Under the pieces are notes generated by a model. That model was not told the DNA's origin and searched no databases. It saw only the letters and a program-made list of their open reading frames with translations. Position numbers and translations under genes: made by a program. DNA of 64,000 nucleotides, from the NCBI GenBank assembly GCA_050949315.1, contig JBMNFL010000001.1, positions 128,001-192,000 on the forward strand. Reading direction: 5' to 3'. The DNA is from Bacilli bacterium. GTDB lineage: Bacteria; Bacillota_I; Bacilli_A; RFN20; UBA1709. Below, piece by piece: positions 58,974 through 64,000 of the stretch. Each line of letters begins with the position of its first letter. Position 1 is the first letter of the stretch.

Positions 58974-59015
58974 TTAGCACTCTCCACTTGACAGTGCTAA
59001 AATGTCTGTTATAAT
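58974..59015 (+). promoter_or_regulatory. CIRCE (HrcA operator) overlapping the htpG promoter
   Basis: TTAGCACTC-N9-CAGTGCTAA (58974-59000, 1 mismatch); TTGACA at 58988-58993; TGTTATAAT extended -10. Confidence 0.9.
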
Positions 59016-59050
59016 AGAGTGTGAAAATATAGAAAAGGGGTGTTTTTTTT

Positions 59051-60985
59051 ATGAAAGAAACAAGAGAATTTCAAACAGAATCAAAAGAGTTACTCAATTT
59101 AATGATTAACTCCATCTATACCAACCGCGAGATTTTTTTACGCGAGTTAATCTCCAATGCTTCGGATGCTATTGATAAATATAAGTATCTTGCCTTGACA
59201 AGTAAGGGTAAGCTTCCGAGCAAGGATTATGAGATCCGTCTCATCAACGATGAGAAAGCTAGGACACTGACCATTATTGATAATGGCATCGGTATGAGCA
59301 AAGAAGAATTAATCAATAATCTTGGAACAATTGCTAAATCCGGTTCCAAGGATTTTATCAAAAAGTTTAAAGAAGCCCAAGAGCAGAAAGATATCAATAT
59401 CATCGGCCAATTTGGCGTAGGTTTTTATTCGGCCTTTATGGTGGCCGAAAAAATTGAGGTTCGCACCAAATCAGTAGATAGTGAAGCCTGTCTTTTTACT
59501 AGTTCGGGCCAAGATAGTTATACAATTGAAGATTGTGATAAAGAAGAGAGTGGAACCGAAATTAAACTCTATTTAAAGAAAACCAGTAAGAAAAAAGCAG
59601 AAGAAAGTGAAGATTTTGATCGCTTTTTAAGAAGTTATGAACTTGAACATTTAGTCAAGAAGTACAGTGATTATATTCGTTATCCTATCAAGATGAAAGT
59701 TAAAACTTCAAAGCCTAAACTCGATAAAGATGGCAAAGAAATTGAAGGCAAGTATGAGGACGTTATTGAAGATAAAGTTCTAAATTCGATGATACCCTTG
59801 TGGCGTAAGAATAAAAAAGATGTCAGTGATGAAGAATTAGCGGATTTTTACCGCAATAAATTTGCCGATTATGAAGAGCCTTTGTTTTCGGTGTTTCTCA
59901 AGGTTGATGGGCTAATCAATTATGATGCTTTGCTTTACGTTCCCTCCCATGCTCCCTATAACCTTTACAGTGACAACTATGAAAAGGGCTTGCAACTTTA
60001 TTCTAAGGGGATTTTTATCCAAGAAAAGTGTGCAGATTTAATTCCCGATTATCTCAAATTTGTGAAGGGTTTAGTGGATTCGGACACTTTCAATTTAAAC
60101 ATTTCGCGAGAACTATTACAAAAGTCTCCCGCTCTTAAAAAGATTGCGGATAATATTGAAAAGAAAATCGTTGATCGGCTCAAGGATTGTAAGAAAGAAG
60201 ACTACGATAAATATCTTAAATTTTGGGAAATCTTTGGTGAGCATATAAAATTCGGCATCTATAGCAGCTATGGGGTGAAGAAGGAACTTTTAAAGGATTT
60301 ATTAGTTTTTCGCTCCTTGTTAAATGAAGATAAATATATCTCCTTGAAAGATTATCAAGAGAAAATGCCCAAGGATCAGAAAGCAATCTATTTTGCCTCT
60401 GGTGAAACCATTGAGGGCATCAAATTATTACCCCAGATTGAAAAGTATAAAAAAGAAGGCAAAGATGTTCTCTTGCTAGATAAACGCATTGATGAATTCT
60501 GTTTACTTATGATGCGTGATTATGAGAAATTAGAGTTCAAATCTATCACGGCTGAAAATCAAGATGATTTATCAAAGGCCGATCAAGAGCGCTTAGACTT
60601 CTTAAATAAAGAGCATCAAGACTTCTTAAACACTTTGAAAGAAGGCTTAGGTGATTTAGTTGATCAGGTGAGTTTCTCGCTTAATTTAGTTGAAGCGCCG
60701 GTCTGTATTGCCACTAAAGAAGGCTTATCACTTGGGATGGAAAAAACCTTAAATGAACAGCCAGGAGCCTTTGAAAAAGTCAAGGCTAGTAAGGTCTTAA
60801 AAATCAATCCCGACCATGAGCTTTGTCAGGCGCTCCTTAAGTTTGAAACTGACAAAGAAACCCTTAAAAACTATGCCTCACTTCTGTATGAGGAAGCCAT
60901 GCTTTTAGAGGGCTTTGAGATTAAAAATCGTCAAGAGTTTGTAAAAAAGCTCAATGATTTGATGCTAAAATCATTAAATAAATAA
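59051..60985 (+). CDS. htpG: Molecular chaperone HtpG (Hsp90)
   Basis: FLRELISNASDA, DNGIGM, IGQFGVGFYSAF, LNISRELLQ. Confidence 0.98.
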   Translation: MKETREFQTESKELLNLMINSIYTNREIFLRELISNASDAIDKYKYLALTSKGKLPSKDYEIRLINDEKARTLTIIDNGIGMSKEELINNLGTIAKSGSKDFIKKFKEAQEQKDINIIGQFGVGFYSAFMVAEKIEVRTKSVDSEACLFTSSGQDSYTIEDCDKEESGTEIKLYLKKTSKKKAEESEDFDRFLRSYELEHLVKKYSDYIRYPIKMKVKTSKPKLDKDGKEIEGKYEDVIEDKVLNSMIPLWRKNKKDVSDEELADFYRNKFADYEEPLFSVFLKVDGLINYDALLYVPSHAPYNLYSDNYEKGLQLYSKGIFIQEKCADLIPDYLKFVKGLVDSDTFNLNISRELLQKSPALKKIADNIEKKIVDRLKDCKKEDYDKYLKFWEIFGEHIKFGIYSSYGVKKELLKDLLVFRSLLNEDKYISLKDYQEKMPKDQKAIYFASGETIEGIKLLPQIEKYKKEGKDVLLLDKRIDEFCLLMMRDYEKLEFKSITAENQDDLSKADQERLDFLNKEHQDFLNTLKEGLGDLVDQVSFSLNLVEAPVCIATKEGLSLGMEKTLNEQPGAFEKVKASKVLKINPDHELCQALLKFETDKETLKNYASLLYEEAMLLEGFEIKNRQEFVKKLNDLMLKSLNK

Positions 60986-60989
60986 AATT

Positions 60990-61018
60990 AATAGTTGTCT
61001 ATTAGACAACTATTTTTA
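60990..61018 (+). terminator. htpG terminator
   Basis: AATAGTTGTCT-ATT-AGACAACTATTTTT. Confidence 0.85.
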
Positions 61019-61235
61019 TTTTGAAATTTAAAATTTTAAAATTTGAGAAAAAGTCAAGATTTTCGCAATATTTAGGCGATTAGCCGAAAATATTTTTCCT
61101 ATAGTCAAAAATGAAAGGGCTTTTATTTAGACATATGCACAAATAATGCCTGGTTGCCTTTTATGTTTTTTTGTGCTAAAATCTTAAAAGTCAATATTTT
61201 ACTTAAAAATCAATAGATTTTTGGAGGACCTAAAT

Positions 61236-63644
61236 ATGAAAACTAAGGCTAAAAGAAAAACAATAAAAAAAGAAGATGCTCTGTTACTTTGGTTTGATGA
61301 AATTGAGCGCGACGACGTCGCAATTGTCGGCGGAAAATCTTCTTCCTTAGGTGAGATGACCTCAAAGACTGATGTTCCAGTTCCCTATGGTTTTGCCACG
61401 ACCGCCAAAGCCTATCGCCTCTTTATTGAGCAGAACGGTCTCCATCAGCGGATGAAAGATACGATGGCCGAGCTCACGGATATTGAAGATAGTGAGCAGT
61501 TGAGCAAAGTCTGTTCCCAATTACGAAAATTGATTGTGGAAGAAGATATGCCCGAAGAATTAGAAAAGGCTATCACTGAGGCTTACGAAGAATTAGGTAG
61601 AAAGGTCGGGGAGAAAAATCCGGCGGTGGCTGTACGTTCAAGCGCGACAGCTGAAGATCTACCTGATGCGAGTTTTGCTGGACAGCAGGATTCCTATCTC
61701 AACATCAGTGGGGCGAAGAAAGTTGTCCAAAAAGTTAAAGAATGTTACGCCTCTTGCTTTACCGATCGAGCGGTTTATTACCGAGAGAAACAGGGTTATA
61801 AACACCTTGATGTAGCCTTGAGTGCGGCTGTGCAGATGATGGTTTTCTCAGCAGCTTCGGGTGTGATGTTTTCTTTAAACGTCACCAATGGCGATGATAA
61901 TGAAATTTTTATTGAAGCCGCCTATGGCTTAGGTGAATATGTTGTTCAGGGGACAGTGACCCCCGATAACTATCAAGTTAATAAAAAGACGGGCAACATT
62001 GATGTCTGTGGTGTCTGTAGTCAAGAGATTATGTTGGTGCGTAAAAAAGACGGTGAATGTGAAGAACAACCTGTACCAATGGATAAGCGTTTCGCTCAGG
62101 TGTTAACAGATGCCCAAATTAAAGAATTAGCCGGCTATGCTTTAAAGATAGAAAAGCACTATGGCATTTATATGGATATGGAGTGGGCCGTTGATGAACG
62201 CGATGGTCGTATTTGGTTGCTCCAAGCGCGTCCGGAAACTGTTTGGTCAAAACGGAAAAAAGAAGCCGAAGCCGGAGCAGCAGTTACTGGGGATAATAAG
62301 GTTATAGTTAAAGGTTTATCGGCCTCGCCAGGTAGAGTTACCGGTAAAGCCCATGTAATTAAAAATGTCAAGGATATTGGCGAATTTAAAGATGGCGAGA
62401 TTTTAGTTACCGAAATGACGGCCCCTGATTGGGTGCCGGCCATGAAAAAGGCTAAGGCCATCGTAACCAACTCTGGTGGTATTACTTGCCACGCTTCTAT
62501 CGTTTCGCGGGAGTTAGGGATTCCCTGTGTCGTTGGTACAAAGAGTAAAGGACCAGCGGCAACTGATGTTATTCAAGATGGTTGCATTATTTCAGTTGAT
62601 GCGACTAATGGTGTGGTATATGAAGGTATCGTGCGCTTTGCAGCCCGTAAGGAAGCAACGCCTTCGGTGGCAGGTGGTGGACCAGTCGTGGCTGAAACAT
62701 TCCCAGTTACTGGTACCAAAATTTATATGAATTTAGGTGATCCTTCTCTTGCTGAAAAATACAGTTCGTTACCCTGTGATGGCATTGGTTTAATGCGGGA
62801 AGAGTTTATCTGGACGACCTATATTCATGAACACCCCTTGTACTTATTAAAAATTGGTCAACCCGAGAAAGTTGTCAATCAACTAGCGCAGGGGATGCGC
62901 CAGGTTTGTCAAGCGATGGCGCCTAGACCAGTCACTCTACGCTTTTCTGATTTTAAATCTTCAGAGTATCGGGATTTAAAAGGCGGAGACGAGTTTGAAC
63001 CCTTAGAATCCAGTGCTTTATTAGGTTGGCGTGGTGCCTCACGTTACTACGACCCCAAGTATATTGAGGCCTTTAAGTTAGAAATCGCCGCCGTTAGGAA
63101 GGTAAGAGAAGAGTATGGCTTAAAGAATCTCCATGTGATGATTCCCTTCTGTCGGACGGTTGATGAGTGTCGTAAAGTTACGCAGATTATGGCCGATGAA
63201 GGTTTAAGACGCGGTCCGGATTTCAAAGTTTGGTTGATGGCTGAGATTCCTTCTAATATAATTCTAGCCAAAGAGTTTAACGAGTATGTTGATGGTTATT
63301 CTATCGGTTCCAATGATTTGACGATGTTGACCTTAGGCTGTGATCGCGATAATGAGACAGTTGCTCATATCTATGATGAAAGGAACCTAGCGATTCGTCG
63401 TTTTGTCAAGAAGCTTATCGAAACCGCCCATGCCGCGGGCAAGACAGTATCCATCTGTGGTCAAGCCCCTAGCACTTATCCTGAGTTTGCCGAATTCTTG
63501 GTTCGTTGCGGTATTGATTCCTTGTCTGTCAATCCTGACACAGTTAAATACACTAGAAAAATGGTCGCTCAAGTTGAGCAGCGCCTCATCCTTGATAAAA
63601 TAACAGGAATGGGCCGAGTGCTTGATCGCGACTTAGAGTGGTAA
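61236..63644 (+). CDS. ppsA: Phosphoenolpyruvate synthase (pyruvate, water dikinase)
   Basis: VGGKSSSLGEM, AVRSSATAEDLPDASFAGQQ, LLQARPETV, GGITCHASIVSRELG, LLGWRGASRYY, SIGSNDLT. Confidence 0.95.
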   Translation: MKTKAKRKTIKKEDALLLWFDEIERDDVAIVGGKSSSLGEMTSKTDVPVPYGFATTAKAYRLFIEQNGLHQRMKDTMAELTDIEDSEQLSKVCSQLRKLIVEEDMPEELEKAITEAYEELGRKVGEKNPAVAVRSSATAEDLPDASFAGQQDSYLNISGAKKVVQKVKECYASCFTDRAVYYREKQGYKHLDVALSAAVQMMVFSAASGVMFSLNVTNGDDNEIFIEAAYGLGEYVVQGTVTPDNYQVNKKTGNIDVCGVCSQEIMLVRKKDGECEEQPVPMDKRFAQVLTDAQIKELAGYALKIEKHYGIYMDMEWAVDERDGRIWLLQARPETVWSKRKKEAEAGAAVTGDNKVIVKGLSASPGRVTGKAHVIKNVKDIGEFKDGEILVTEMTAPDWVPAMKKAKAIVTNSGGITCHASIVSRELGIPCVVGTKSKGPAATDVIQDGCIISVDATNGVVYEGIVRFAARKEATPSVAGGGPVVAETFPVTGTKIYMNLGDPSLAEKYSSLPCDGIGLMREEFIWTTYIHEHPLYLLKIGQPEKVVNQLAQGMRQVCQAMAPRPVTLRFSDFKSSEYRDLKGGDEFEPLESSALLGWRGASRYYDPKYIEAFKLEIAAVRKVREEYGLKNLHVMIPFCRTVDECRKVTQIMADEGLRRGPDFKVWLMAEIPSNIILAKEFNEYVDGYSIGSNDLTMLTLGCDRDNETVAHIYDERNLAIRRFVKKLIETAHAAGKTVSICGQAPSTYPEFAEFLVRCGIDSLSVNPDTVKYTRKMVAQVEQRLILDKITGMGRVLDRDLEW

Positions 63645-63667
63645 TAAGTAGGTAAGGAGGCAAGTAC

Positions 63668-64000
63668 ATGCAATATTTTCGTTGTAGCCACTGTGGCAAT
63701 TTGGTGGTGTTATTAAAGAATTCAGGCAAAGCCCTTACCTGTTGTGGTGAAGTGATGGAAGAATTAATCCCTAATACTACCGAGGCGTCTTTTGATAAGC
63801 ATGTAGCGGTTGTGACCCTTGAAGGGAAACTGGTAGATATTGTGGTGGGTAGTTATGAACACCCGATGTTTGAAGATCACTATATCGAGTGGATCAGCAT
63901 AGAGACAAGTCTAGCGGTCTATCGTTACCATTTGAGTCCCAATATGAAACCTAGGGTGCAGTTCTTCTTACAAAATGGGGAAGAATTAAGGGCGGTTAAT
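63668..64000 (+). CDS. Desulfoferrodoxin / superoxide reductase (partial)
   Basis: Manual translation MQYFRCSHCGNLV...LTCCGEVMEELIPNTTEASFDKHV...HPMFEDHYIEWI; runs off the window end. Confidence 0.92.
   Translation, partial: MQYFRCSHCGNLVVLLKNSGKALTCCGEVMEELIPNTTEASFDKHVAVVTLEGKLVDIVVGSYEHPMFEDHYIEWISIETSLAVYRYHLSPNMKPRVQFFLQNGEELRAVN

Noticed and set aside
61018-61050. AT-rich palindrome AAATTTAAAATTTTAAAATTT
   Set aside because: Low complexity; expected by chance in AT-rich intergenic DNA.

Overview
A bacterial chromosome window from a low-GC, probably anaerobic member of Bacilli. It looks Mollicutes/Erysipelotrichales-like (inferred from gene order) and uses the standard code, with TGA as stop. 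Most of it is conserved Bacillus-type backbone: ybeY-cdd-era-recO-glyQS-dnaG-sigA-trmK-cshB; atoDAEB-ccpA-tyrS; tex, rpsU, phoH, cls; degV, rpsD, ezrA-iscS-thiI-ackA; nrnA-dnaE-polA-mutM/coaE-dnaB-dnaI-pfkA-pfp-pyk; T-box thrS; nnr; CIRCE-htpG; ppsA and a desulfoferrodoxin. Three accessory insertions stand out. (1) An AlbA_2/ATP-binding/wHTH gene (7384-8724) sits in the usual dgkA slot. Its promoter has a 3x12-bp array that recurs, inverted, inside its own coding sequence as the linker before the HTH, suggesting a self-encoded operator; this is the best candidate for an undescribed system. (2) An AAA+/DUF4143-type ATPase gene next to tRNA-Arg(CCT) has a 3x17-bp array with 23-bp period upstream of its promoter. 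(3) A 1044-bp IS481/IS1202-like element has a long 25-bp target duplication. Also noted: a MutM-CoaE fusion, a standalone C39 peptidase beside TldD/TldE, a non-T-box switch-like leader on glyQS, and tandem ATP- and PPi-type phosphofructokinases. All calls come from motif recognition by eye; no searches were run.
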